The notes under the pieces were generated by a model. It did not search any database. It was not told where the DNA came from and saw only the letters and a program-made list of their open reading frames with translations. Of a stretch of DNA of 64,000 bases, positions 38,701 to 52,184 are shown one piece after another. Both the position numbers and the translations under genes were made by a program. Each line of letters begins with the position of its first letter. The stretch's first letter is position 1. Where the stretch lies: contig JBODTK010000124.1 of the NCBI GenBank assembly GCA_050613775.1, positions 1 through 64,000 of the forward strand, given 5' to 3'. Origin of the DNA: Neocallimastix sp. 'constans' (Eukaryota).

Positions 38701-41440
38701 ATATATAAACTATATATTATTATTATATATCCTATTTATTTGTAATATACATTTTAATATTTAAAATTAAAATATTAATTAAAATGTTAAATTATAAATT
38801 AAAAGTACTAAATTTTTCATGAATAAAAGTATAAAAATATATACAAATAAATTTTTTATTTAATTAAAATTATTAATTTTATAAAAAATTTATTTATCCT
38901 GAAGTAATTCAAATATTTAGAAATTTTAAGCATAAATATGAATAGTATTAATCAATTTTAAACTAAAAATAATAAAAAGTCAATTATATGATATCTAGTT
39001 TGACTTATATATATTTGAAAGATATAATTCAAATATATATAAGTATTATTTTAAAAATATAAAATAACAAAAAATTTATGAAATAATTAAGATTTTACAT
39101 TTTAATAATATAAATCTAATCCTTTAATCAATATTTGAAAATAAATCTAATCCATAAATAAAACTTTAATGATTAAAATTTTCAGGGTTATAATTTTTAT
39201 AAATAATAATATAAATTTTAATTTTTTTTTCTACACTTTATAATGCAACAAAAATTATACACTAAATTTATTATTGCTATCCGATAAAATTTTTTTTTTT
39301 TTTTATTTTTTTATTAATAATTCATATAAAAATTTTATTTGAAAATAGGAAAAATATAGTCATAATATTCAATTAATAATTTGATAGTTTTAAAAATAAA
39401 TATTTTTATAACTGTAATAAAAAAAATCATCATATGAATTTGAAATAGAAATCAATAAAAAATTATTGAATGTTGAAATATTTCTTAAAGAGTATATTCT
39501 AAAAATAACTATAATAATTATAATAATTAAAATTAACATTTAAAATTAAATAATAATAAAGAAACATTTAGAAATATTTTTTAGGTTAAAATTATTTTAA
39601 AATAATAAAAATTTTTTAAATTATCATTTGTAAATATAATTTTTTTTTAAATATAAAATATTTCCTTTATTACATTTTATTTAAAATTATATTTAATAAT
39701 TAAAATATTTAATTAAAATTTTAATTATACATTAAAATATATTTTTTTCATGGCTTACTGAGATAATGAATAATAAAATAATAGAATTCTTAATCAGTAA
39801 TAACAATTATTATCATTATTGTTTTTTTTTTTTTTTTGTACAAATATAATGAAATATAAAAGAAATCTTTTATTATTTGTATATATATTAATTTTATTTT
39901 ATCATAATTAGAATAATCAATTAATATAAATCATGCAATTATTGTTGTCTTTTAATTATACTGAAAAAATGTAAAAATTAAAATGATCAATTAATATAAA
40001 TCAAATTTATAGTTATTATTATCATTTTTTTTTTCATAGCCTCAAGCTAATAAAATTTAATATAAAAGAAAACTTTTTTTATTTTTATATGCGATGAAAT
40101 AATATTAAAATTAGAGAAGAATATATTGACCCTTCCTATTCATATATATCAAAATAATATTGGCTAAAAATTATTGAAAAGTATATACATATATTTTGGA
40201 ATAATAAAAAATAGATAATTTTATAACGTGAATCTTATATATAATATAATATGTTCCACTAAATCTTTTATAAAAAAAAATAATAAAGTAAAATTTACCT
40301 TTTATAGTAATAATTAATTAGAAATTCAATAATGAATAATTATTAAAATCGATATGAGGTAATAAAAAGATGGCGTTCGACCAGATTTAAAGATTTAAAA
40401 ATAAAAACAACAACAAAAAAAAAGATACTATTAATTTAAAAGAAATAAATAAGAATATATCATATGAAAATAGATAGAAATTTTTTTGTTTTCATATGAT
40501 AAATGTATATATAATATTTATTTAATTTTAAATAAAAATTTACAGTATTTGTATGAAAATTAAAATAAAATTATTTATCATCATAAATATAACGAATTGA
40601 ACGAAAAGACTTTAAAATATTTTAATTCACTTATTTCAATCACAGCCAATTTTTTAATTTTTTTTTATATTAAAAGATCAATTTCATATTCTAAAAAAAT
40701 AAAAAATTTTATGATATGTGTAAATATTATAATTGGAATATTAAATATATAATATATTGTATAATATAATTAATATATTATATAATATATTACATAGTCA
40801 ATTATACAAAAACATATGTTTTTTTGTTATTTAGGTCCTGTATTAAAATTAAAGTTAATAAATTAATTATTAAAATTTAATGGAGAGTTTTTGAAATTAT
40901 AATAAATTGAAAATATATTATAATCAACTTTAATATAATCAATCTATTAATATAAAAAATTTATTTTCGTATTAAATAAAAATAAAATAGATACTTCTTA
41001 ATATTAACATTAAATCATTAAATATTAAATATTTTATTATTACATTTTTTAATTATAAATTTAATTATGTATTTTAACTATATATTACAATATATTAAAT
41101 TAGTGAAATTTTTAATAATATATTAAATATAATATATTTATGTATAAATATATATTAAAATACAATATATTAAAATATATTGTAATTTATTTTATATAAT
41201 ATAATGTTATAAAAAGCAATTTCTAATAATTTTGTTTATTTATTTGTAAAAATAGGAAATAACCAATTATTTTAGTAAAGTAATAATAATAACAAGTATA
41301 AACTAATAATAAATTATAAATATCAAATAAATAATTGTTAATAAATAATTAAATATAATAATCAATAATCAATAATCTATCTAAATATAATAAATAAAAG
41401 TTGATATATAAAAACTAAATCCAAAATAACCAAAGTTATC

Positions 41441-41910
41441 AATAAATAATAAATAATAAATAATAAATAATAAATAATAAATAATAAATAATAAATAATA
41501 AATAATAAATAATAAATAATAAATAATAAATAATAAATAATAAATAATAAATAATAACTAATAAATAATAAATAATAACTAATAAATAATAAATAATAAA
41601 TAATAAATAATAAATAATAAATAATAAATAATAAATAATAAATAATAAATAATAAATAATAAATAATAAATAATAAATAATAAATAATAAATAATAAATA
41701 ATAAATAATAAATAATAAATAATAAATAATAAATAATAAATAAATAATAAATAATAAATAATTGAATAATAAATAATTGAATAATAAGTAATAAATAATA
41801 AATAATAAATAATAAATAATAAATAATAAATAATAAATAATAAATAAATATTAAATAATAAATTAGATATAATAAAATTAGAAATAATAAATAATTGAAT
41901 AATAAATAAT
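41441..41910. repeat. (AATAAAT)n heptamer satellite
   Basis: Long tandem run of aataaat with occasional variants; it generates the spurious IIYYLLF ORF. Confidence 0.95.
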
Positions 41911-42741
41911 ATAATCTTATGAAAATTTGAAACATTCGTATTTTTTTTTTTTTTTTATTTTGTGATTATTAATCAAATAATGGAAATATGGAGTAAATTA
42001 AAATAAATACAAATATATATATGTTAATATAAATATCAATAAATAATAATTAGATTAAAATATAATAATCTTAATAATTATAATAATATGTGAAAGTAAA
42101 CTTATAAGAAAAATTAATAATTTAGTTTTCTTTATATTGTTTTATTTTATTTTATTTTTTATTATTATTAAAACAAGCTTTTTAATTTGAAATGCATAAT
42201 TTTTTTTTAATTAATTAATTAATTAATTAATTAATTAATTTACAAAAGTTTTGTTAAAATAATATTGTAATTATGTTTTAAAAAATTAATTGTGATATCA
42301 TCATTATCATTATTTTAAAAAAATTTATTAATATTAATAAATTACTATGTCAAATATTGTATAATTTCAAATTATTTTAATAATTTAAATAAAATCATCA
42401 TCGAAAAATACTTAGTAATAATATCACCTTTAATATTGACATTAATATTAATCATATATAAACTTTACTTAAAACATTTTAAAATAAATTTAGAAGTGAT
42501 AATATAATAAATAATTAAAATAAACATTTTCAATAAAAATTATAAAATTTAATAAAAGTCATAATTATACAATATATATCTATCTTTTATTTAAATTATT
42601 TGTAAATTTATTTAAATATAAAAAATATAAATAAAAAATAAATATAATGTTTTAATAGTAAATATAACAAATTATTTTGAAAACTATAATAATTGGTCTT
42701 TAAGATATTAATTTAATAGTAAAAATAAGCTTTCATTAAAA

Positions 42742-44715
42742 ATGTCAGAAATTACAAATGTAGAAACTGATTCAGTTATATATCCTAAAATTATTTTGCA
42801 AAATGAAGACAAACAAATAATAAAAGATGAAAATAAAGAAAATATAGTTGAAAATTCATCAGATTTAAATATTAATACTGAAGTAAATAATGATAAAACT
42901 GAAAAAGACAAAATATCACCTTCTAAAGGCTTAAAAGGTAGATTTTTAAAATCAAAATTATCAAATTCTTTATTAAGCATAAAAAGAAAAAGTAGTAAAT
43001 TAAAGTTGAATTCTTCAAAATCATCGAGTAGCTTTTTAATGACAGCATTTAAACGTAATAAAGATAAAAATAATAAAGAAAATGGTAAAGAAAATATTGT
43101 GAATGAACATTTAGCAATTCCAAATTCAAGTGCCACCTATGGTCAGCCATCTAGAAATAAAAAAAATTCTATGAGAATCAGTTCAAAATTAAGTATGAGT
43201 TCCTCTCCGGCGGAATCTTATTATTTTACTGATGCTTCTTCTACACATTCTTTTTTTTCTAGTTCTACAGCAAATTCATTTTTTTCAGCATTATGTAAAA
43301 AGAAGACGGGAAAAAAGTTAAAGAGAAAAGATTTTTCTGAAAAAATAAAAGATCTTGGTAGTGGGGCTACAGGCAATATTCAATTAGTTTATCGTAAAGA
43401 TAATCCGGAGAAATATTATGCTCTCAAAGAATTTATAATACCCAAGCATAAAGCATCACAAGAAGATGAAAGAAAATTCTTTAAACATCTTCAAACGGAA
43501 TATGCCATAGGTTCTTTACTTCATCATAGAAATGTTGTGGAAGTGGAAAACTTTATATACAATGATTATTATAAAAGAAATCGTAAGGAACGTCATATTT
43601 ATCAAGTAATGGAATATTGTAATGGGGGTGATCTTTTTGACGCCATACAAAGTGGTAATATGAGCCAAGGTAGTATTCTTTGTTGTTTTAAACAACTTAT
43701 GGAAGGTTTAGCTTATTTACATTCCATGGGTGTTGCTCATCGTGATCTCAAGCCAGAAAATATTATGTTTAAAGATAATAAGATATTAAAAATTTTAGAT
43801 TTTGGTGCATCAGTTATGTTTAGGACCCCATATTCGAATGAAATTATTCGTAGCTCTGGTATTGTAGGTTCTGAACCATATATGGCACCTGAACAATTTA
43901 GTTTAAAGCCATATGATCCTCGTACTGTTGATATTTGGAGTTGTGGAATTATATTTTTGGCTATGTTTTATAATGAATTACCATGGAAGAGTGCTATTCT
44001 TTCTAATTTAAAATATAAGGTATGGGCTGAAAAAGGAATCAGTGAAATTATCACAGACCTTCCTAAAGGTCCAAGAGAACTTATTACACGTATGTTACAA
44101 CCAGATCCAGAGAAAAGAATAACTATTGAAGAAATATTTAAGGATCCATGGTTTAAACATATTTATTGTTGTCAAGATCATGAAAATAATGAATCTAGCG
44201 GTGTTCTTGACAATAGTCGTTATAATTATTCCACTATGTCATATTCCCCTTCTACTATTAATTCTAGTTTTCGAAGACCATCCGATGAAATGAAATCAAA
44301 CACCAGTTATACAGGAAGGACTTTAAAGAATAAAGGAAGTAGTATTCGGTTTTCTGATGGTGTATTATCTAGTTATAATAGTATGACAATGTCTGATACC
44401 TCTGATTCCGGTTCTTTACTGAAAAATCATTTTTCTAATTCTAGTGAAAAAACAAAAGTAGGTGAAGATAATCAATCAACAAATAATGAGATGAATATAA
44501 CGAAGAAAGCCATTTTTTCAATTGATACAGAATCAGATGAAGAAAAAGATTCAGATTCACCTGTATCCTCAAGTGATATAATAACAAAAGATAATAGTGA
44601 AATAGTAAAAGAAAAAGAACAGCAAGAAGAAATTGGAACAATAGAAGAGGAAGATGAGGAAGAATTAAAAACTTACTGGGGTCTTGATTTAAAATGCTCA
44701 CATGAAATGTCTTAA
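42742..44715 (+). CDS. Ser/Thr protein kinase, fungal HAL family (Sat4/Hrk1/Ptk2/Npr1-like), intronless, 657 aa
   Basis: GSGATG, YALKEF, EYAIGSLLHHRNVV, VMEYCNGGDLF, HRDLKPEN, DFG, SGIVGSEPYMAPE and YDPRTVDIWSCG; Ser-rich N- and C-terminal extensions. Confidence 0.93.
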   Translation: MSEITNVETDSVIYPKIILQNEDKQIIKDENKENIVENSSDLNINTEVNNDKTEKDKISPSKGLKGRFLKSKLSNSLLSIKRKSSKLKLNSSKSSSSFLMTAFKRNKDKNNKENGKENIVNEHLAIPNSSATYGQPSRNKKNSMRISSKLSMSSSPAESYYFTDASSTHSFFSSSTANSFFSALCKKKTGKKLKRKDFSEKIKDLGSGATGNIQLVYRKDNPEKYYALKEFIIPKHKASQEDERKFFKHLQTEYAIGSLLHHRNVVEVENFIYNDYYKRNRKERHIYQVMEYCNGGDLFDAIQSGNMSQGSILCCFKQLMEGLAYLHSMGVAHRDLKPENIMFKDNKILKILDFGASVMFRTPYSNEIIRSSGIVGSEPYMAPEQFSLKPYDPRTVDIWSCGIIFLAMFYNELPWKSAILSNLKYKVWAEKGISEIITDLPKGPRELITRMLQPDPEKRITIEEIFKDPWFKHIYCCQDHENNESSGVLDNSRYNYSTMSYSPSTINSSFRRPSDEMKSNTSYTGRTLKNKGSSIRFSDGVLSSYNSMTMSDTSDSGSLLKNHFSNSSEKTKVGEDNQSTNNEMNITKKAIFSIDTESDEEKDSDSPVSSSDIITKDNSEIVKEKEQQEEIGTIEEEDEEELKTYWGLDLKCSHEMS

Positions 44716-44997
44716 AATGTTGCGCTTTTTAAAATAAATCAAGTCAAATTAAAATTTCATAATAAACACTTTACACTTGATTTATTTTTTTTTTATTTTA
44801 TTATTATAATTATTATTAATAATTTTTTAAAAATATCTTTAATAAATGATACCAAATAAAATATTAATATAGTATTAGTATTATTTATTAAAAAATTAAT
44901 AACTGGTAAATTAATTAATAACCTGGCTCATGATAATTAATAATTATTGAAAAAAAAAAAAAAAAAGGATTACTGGGATAACATGATACTGAATGAT

Positions 44998-45032
<35 letters not shown>

Positions 45033-45533
45033 GAAAAAATAAAACGTAGTAATGCTTTAGTTTATTTTTATTTTTTCTTTTTCTTTTTCTTATATAATAT
45101 ATACATTTTATCATAAATAAATGGATATAAAATATTTTCAATTTACATAATGATCATTGAAATGAAGTATTAAATCGTTTGTACATAATTCAGTAGATAT
45201 TGAACAAATTAATAATTTTGATAATAATATATAAATAAACATATTTATTCAATATTCATAATTAATAATTAATAATCAATAATATATGTAATATATATAT
45301 AATAATCAAATTTTATCGAACTAAGAATTATTATTTATTTATAATATATATGTAATAATCAAATTTTATCAAACAAAGAATTATTATTTATTTATAATGG
45401 CTATGAATTTAAAGTTTATAATTAATATATATATGTAAAGTAATGAAAATTAAATACCAAAAAGTAAACATAAAATAATAAATAAAAAATAAAGTTATCT
45501 TAATGAATATAATATTCAAAATTCAATCAGCAA

Positions 45534-45571
<38 letters not shown>

Positions 45572-47066
45572 TTTATATTTTATTTGGATATATACATAAT
45601 ATATATAATATTTATATATATTATATAAATATGCATATCTCTTTTTATTTATTATATTTTTAATAAAAACATTTTTAAACATAAATTATATATATATTTT
45701 TAATAAAAACATTTTAAAACATAATTTATATATATATTATATATTTATATTTTTAATTATAAATTTATACATAAATGATTTAATTGAAATATTTATTATT
45801 TTTATTAATTATTATTATTATTATTAAATTTTATTTCAGATATTTTAAATACATAAAAGTTAAGTATTTAAAAATAATATTTAAAAACTAAATATAAATA
45901 TATAAATAATATAAAAATATATTTTTAATGAATATCATAATTTAAATATTTTGAATATTGATACTATATCATTATTCTCTTTTTATATATATTATAAAAT
46001 TTTTAATTATATACGTTTTTCATTATATACAAAATTTATTTTAGTATTTCTTTGTTTTTTATTTTTTATTTTTAATTGTTTATTCATTTTTTAATTTTTA
46101 TTAATGTAAATACATAACTATTGTTATATAAAAATTCATATTAAAATAAAATATTTACAATAGTGTAATATTTCAATTAATTTAATATTTATTTCTTTTT
46201 ATTAATTAAATATATAATAAAAAATAATAAGCAATCATTAAATTTGAAAAAAAAGTACTTATCTAAAATGTATATATATATATATATTTTAACTTTTTAT
46301 GTTATAAAAATTTAAAATAGTATTTTATTGTTTATTTAATATCAAATAATTTTTGTTTTTCAATTTTAATTTTTTAATTAAAATATTTCAATAGAGAGAA
46401 TTCTGTATAAAAGAATATTATATAATATAAAAATACTAGTAAATAATTATCCAATATTTATTAAATAATATCAAAATAATATAAAAAAAAAAAATCGAAA
46501 ATATAATTATTTATTATTTATTATACTTTTTACTATAAGATAATGGTTCTTGCTTGAAAAAATATATTGAATATACATGATTAAGCTTTTTTTTTTTTTC
46601 TTTTTTTTTTCTGTATTTATAATTTTATTAAACTTTCTTTTATTTTAGTCGTTGAAGTCTTATTTAATTATATATAATAAATATAATATATAATATATAA
46701 TATATATATGATATGAATAATATAATAAAGGATTAATTCATTAAATTAATACTATTTATTAAAATTTACAAGAAAAGAAAAAAAAAAGTTATGCAGTTGA
46801 ATATTAATTATTATATGAATATTTATTTATTTATTATTATTTTTTTAATTAAATTATATTTATTTAGAAATACTTTACGTTTTAATTAATAGATATATTA
46901 AGTAATTTTTTCTTCTTTTATTTGTTCTTTTTTTGTTATAAAAAAATATTAATAAAAAGTAATAATTTTTTTTCTTAATAAAGTAAATTTATTAATAGTT
47001 TAAAAAAAAAAAAAAAAAAATAAAAATAAATATATATATATATTTTGAAATAACATTTAATACAAA

Positions 47067-48507
47067 ATGAATGGTTTCTTTAGATGGTATCATCGTTGTT
47101 TAAACAAAAAGCCAATCCTTACACAATCTCTCACTACCGGTAAGTTTTATGTAGTTACTAATTAATTAAATTTATTATTTTTATAAAATAATTATAAATT
47201 TTTGAAATTTTATTTTTTTAATTTCATATAATAAGTAATTAATAAAAATAATAAGAATGAAAAAAAATATGTATTTTAATAATAAAATTTATATATGTTA
47301 TTTAAATTCTTATTTATTGGAATAATAAATTCTAATTACTTTTAATTAGGTGTAATGTTTGCCGTTGGTGATGTTATTGCACAACAACTTGTTGAAAAAA
47401 GAGGAAAAGAACATGACTATAAGAGAACAGGAAGAATGAGTTTATTCGGTGCTTGCGTAGCAGGTCCTTCAACTTCTCTTTGGTATCGCTTTTTAGATAG
47501 ATATGTTGTTTTACCAAATAAAACTCATCGTATGTTACATTGAGTATTTTACATTTTAAAAAATAAATAATATAAGAAATAATTTATTATTTTTAAATTT
47601 TAGATTAAAATAAATAATAATATTAATATATAGTTATAAAAATAAATTTCACAATCTAATTTAAAATTTTGATTTATGTATCATCCATCATCTTATATAA
47701 TAACAATTTTAATTATTGATGTTTTCTTTTTTTTTTTTTTTTTAATTTTATTTTATTTTATTGAAATAATAACAACACAATGCAACGGTCAATAATAATA
47801 TCATCATCATTAACAATAAATAATAACAATAATTGTGAAAAATTTAAAATGTTCTATTAGAACTTTTCGCAAGAGTATTTTTAGATCAATGTGTTTATTC
47901 TCCACTTTCTCAAGTAGTCTATCTTGGTGGTACTGGTATATTCGAAAGAAGCTCACCAGAAGAAATTAAAGAAAAGATTAAAGTTGTAAGTATTTTAAAG
48001 TTTTAAATATTTTAATCAATAATTCATTCATTCATTATTATTTAATAATAATGTTATAATATAATAAATAGTAACATATTCTATTAAATTTGTAATTTTT
48101 ATATATAATTATTATTATTATTATTATCATTATTATACTTTATTAAAATTTAAATAACTATTAAAATATTTATATATATATATATATATACATTTATATT
48201 AATATTATTAATATTATTAATACTATTATTTTGTTTTATTTTATTTTAATTTTTTAATTTAAAATAGGGATTTATACCAGCTCTTACAGCAAACTATAAA
48301 ATTTGGCCAGCTTTCCAATTTATCAACTTTAATTTCGTTCCAGCTAACTATCGTTCATTAGGTACTAATGTAGTTTCTCTTGGTTGGAATACTTATTTAT
48401 CAGTATTAAACCAAAAGGTTATAAATAAGTCAAAATCTTTATTATATGAAGCTGAACCAGCCAAAGGGGATAAGAAGGATTTAAAAAAAAGAGATAAGAA
48501 AAATTAA
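47067..48507 (+). CDS. SYM1: Mpv17/PMP22 family membrane protein (Sym1-like); exons 47067-47139, 47350-47529, 47861-47985, 48268-48507
   Basis: The spliced frame stays open with GT-AG junctions: WYHRCLNKKPILTQSLTTG-VMFAVGDVIAQQLVE...HDYKRTGRM...WYRFLD...ARVFLDQCVYSP...ANYKIWPAFQFINFNFVPANYR...NVVSLGWNTYLS. Confidence 0.92.
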
Positions 48508-49149
48508 GTTTTTATAGTATAGTAGTAATAATAAATAAAAAAAGTAATAAAAAAATCAAAATCAAAATTTATGAAATATTATTTTTGTATTTATCATAAT
48601 ATAATAATATAAAACCTTCATTAATTTATAAAGAAAGAATAGTAAAAATGATAGTTAAATAATATTTTAACTATGTAAATATAATTTTATCAGTTTTCTT
48701 TATTTATTCTAAATTTATCAATTGTTTTTCATTATATATATATATATATATATTAATAATATAATACATATTCCACTGTTCTTTATTTATTTTATCATTT
48801 ATTATATATATATATATTTTGAAGAAAAAAAAAAAAAAAAAAAAAAACATAAACTCCTAAATAAAATAAATGCCAGCCCAGTATGACAAAATAAATAATA
48901 AACGAAAGTGTTTTAATAATGATGATAATAATATCTAAATATTATCCAATTATTATATTTGAATATTACATTTGAAATTATTTAATAGATATTTTATTTA
49001 TGGATTATTTTATTTTATTTTTTAAAATATTTTTAGTGGGAATAATTTTCGTACTAATCATTAAACCAAAAAACTACATTAAATTATATAATATATAAAG
49101 TTTTCAATGCTTTTATTTTAAAGTTTTCATCGTTTTTTTTTTTTTTTTT

Positions 49150-49456
49150 CTTTATTTTGGATTGGACTAATTAAATGTGGATTCAAATTTGATGTAAAAT
49201 CTTATGTTAAAAGTAAATTGGTATCAGAAGATTGTCCAATATGCTGCCTTTGTTGCGGTGAAAGTAACAACATACCTAGTTTTACATACTAGATACTTTT
49301 ATGTTCTGAATTCGAAAAATTTAGTCAACAATTCATTCATTTTGTTGATGAAATTTTTATTAATTTTTTCTCTGATTGTTTATAGGAAATCAATGAATAT
49401 ACCAGATGACAAAGAGGAAGATTTTGATGATAGTAATAATTTTTAAATACTGTGTC

Positions 49457-49497
<41 letters not shown>

Positions 49498-49840
49498 GAA
49501 ATATAGTATATGAAAATTTGAAAGATCAGCTCGGGGGAAAGAAGGTGCTTTATTAATAATATCTTTCAATCACTTTTGAGAGATTCTTCTTTCCCAGATT
49601 TCATATTTTGTGGGGAGCGGAATTACTTACTAATATTATCCCTATTATGATTAGTGATTTTAACATTCTGATTAATATGTATACCATTAGAACTACTGCT
49701 GTTAAGAACGTTGACATCGAAACGAAAAGGCAATAAAGAAATTTTGATACAGATTCGAATGATAATTTTTATCCATGTAGAGTTATCATTGATAAATGGG
49801 AATCGAGGCCATTTCATTTCGTCCAAGAAACTTACAACTT
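49150..49840 (+). mobile_element. Degenerate LINE 3' end with C-terminal zinc-knuckle region
   Basis: Plus-strand reading across a frameshift gives GFKFDVKSYVKSKLVSEDCPICCLCCGESNNIPSFTY*ILLCSEFEKF, a decayed CxxC...H...C-like motif. Later AELLTNIIPIMISDFNILI resembles LAEFLTSAIPIISSSFELLF at 52558. Stops and poly(T) interrupt it. Confidence 0.55.
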
Positions 49841-49969
49841 AATTTTAAAATATTAATTATTTTATTTAATATATTTTGTTTAATAAATACTATTAAATAA
49901 AGTTTAAAAAAAATTTTTTTAATATTTTAATTATATACATATTATTTAATATATAGAAATTTTTATTGT

Positions 49970-50149
<180 letters not shown>

Positions 50150-50541
50150 GTGATAAAATTTATGAATTTAATATAGTAAAAAATTTGATATAATTAAAAA
50201 TTAGCTCTTTTTTTTTTTTTTTTTTTTTTAAAATTTTAATTATTACAAACTAAAAATATTTGACTTAGAAAATTATTGATATATATTTTTTGAAGGGTTA
50301 AGAAATACATATTTAATATAATTCTATAATTTAATAATATATTAGTAATATATTGTTGATATATTATAATTTAATTTTAAACTAATCATGTTTAATATTT
50401 CCATTAAAATTATTTTATAACCAATCAAATATAAAAATATATAATAGCTATTATAGAAAAGTAATTGTATGATACGTAATTTGTTTAGATCTCTCTCTAT
50501 TCAACTTTAAGGAAATATAGTCCAAAAGTTATTGAAATAAA

Positions 50542-51491
50542 ATGGTAAATTTTTAATGATGAATGAATAAGTGAATTTTTTTTATTATTAAAAATGAATT
50601 AAAATAATGGGTGTTATGAAAAAAAATTTTATTTATGAATTATTTTTAATATGAATTGGGATATGCTATGTATGTAAATAATAAGCTCTTTTTTATTTAT
50701 TGATTTAATAAGTGTGTTATTGTTGGAAGTTTTCAAAATTTGTGTACTCATTTATAAGAATTTTTTTTTTTTTTGTTTTAGTTTTCGGGAGATATAATGC
50801 TATCTATAAAATCATAATATAAAAATAATTTTGAAATATAGGATTATTTTTATACAATAAAACCATAAAATTTAATAATTGATTATACTAAATGCTTTAA
50901 ATTTATTTCAACGTGTTCTACAATATAAAAATATAAATATTTTTATATAAATAGGGTCGTGTCAGAACTAAAACCGTTAAGAAGGCTTCCCGTGTCCTCA
51001 TCGAAAAGTACTACCCACGTCTTACTCTCGATTTCCAAACTAACAAGAAGATCTGTGATGAAGTCGCTGTTATCCCAAGTAAGCGTCTCAGAAACAAGAT
51101 TGCTGGTTTCACTACTCACTTAATGGGTCGTATTCAACGTGGTCCAGTTAGAGGTATTTCCTTCAAGCTTCAAGAAGAAGAAAGAGAACGTAAGGATCAA
51201 TACGTTCCAGATGTTTCTGCTCTTGAAAAGCAAGTTGAAATTGACGAAGATGTTGAAGTATGTTTAAGATAATTATAAAAATATATAAATTAAGTAATAA
51301 AAAAGTTTAAAGGTACCAATGTTTAATAATTAATTATTATATAATATATATTTATTTTATAAAAATAAATAAAAAAATAGGCTCTTCTCAAGGCTATGGG
51401 AATGGAAGGTATTCCAAATGTCGTTGTTGGTCCAAAGTACGTTCCAACTCAACAAGAACGTGTCGGTGCCAACTACAGAAAGAAGAATTAA
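50542..51491 (+). CDS. RPS17: 40S ribosomal protein S17 (eS17), 138 aa; exons 50542-50544 (ATG only), 50955-51257, 51381-51491
   Basis: [85 protein letters not shown] with strong codon bias. The first exon is inferred from aaaATG|GTAAAT and is less certain than exons 2-3. Confidence 0.96.
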
Positions 51492-52143
51492 ATAAATCCA
51501 TATTTATAATATGTTAATTCTATTGTAAATATAGATGATTAATTTGCCATCTTACAAAAAATATAATATAAATAAAAAAAATTTAAAAAAAATTTTAAAA
51601 ATAATTAACGATATCTGATACTAGTGTTTATGAAGTAAGAAAAAATTTACATATGGATATAAAGTAAATCGTAAATCAATATTTGAAAAATTAGAAAATA
51701 ATGACGTCAAAATTTTAATGTAAAACAGGAATAAGTATTTAACTATGAAAAAAAAAATTAAAATTGGAGAAGTTAAGAAAAGGTTAGGAAATATATAGTG
51801 GAAGACCGAGAAATTATTAAATTTTGAATTATAAAAATAATAGTAATAATTATTTCAGGAATTTGAGTGATGAAAATGTAAAATTTAAAAATATGAATGC
51901 AATTATTAATTTTAAAAAAAATTTGAAAAGCAAATATGTTATTCTGAATGTTGAATTTTAAAAGTTTTATTATTATTTATTTTTAGAATGAGAAATACTA
52001 TCTGAAAATATTTTATTGAAGAATATTTTAATTTTTTTTTTTTTTTAAGATGTTATATACAAATATTGTTATTTTAAGAATATATTATATATATATTAAT
52101 GACTGTTTATGTCAAATAAAATAAATGAAAATTTAAAATAACA

Positions 52144-52180
<37 letters not shown>

Positions 52181-52184
52181 CTAT

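Noticed and set aside
41579..41935. 118-aa hydrophobic ORF
   Set aside because: Translation of the (AATAAAT)n satellite.
42708..44701. Antisense ORFs 42708-43136 and 44441-44701
   Set aside because: Shadow frames of the kinase gene.
50545..50954. Box C/D snoRNA in RPS17 intron 1
   Set aside because: A C-box-like ATGATGA occurs near 50557, but I saw no matching CTGA D box or terminal stem.
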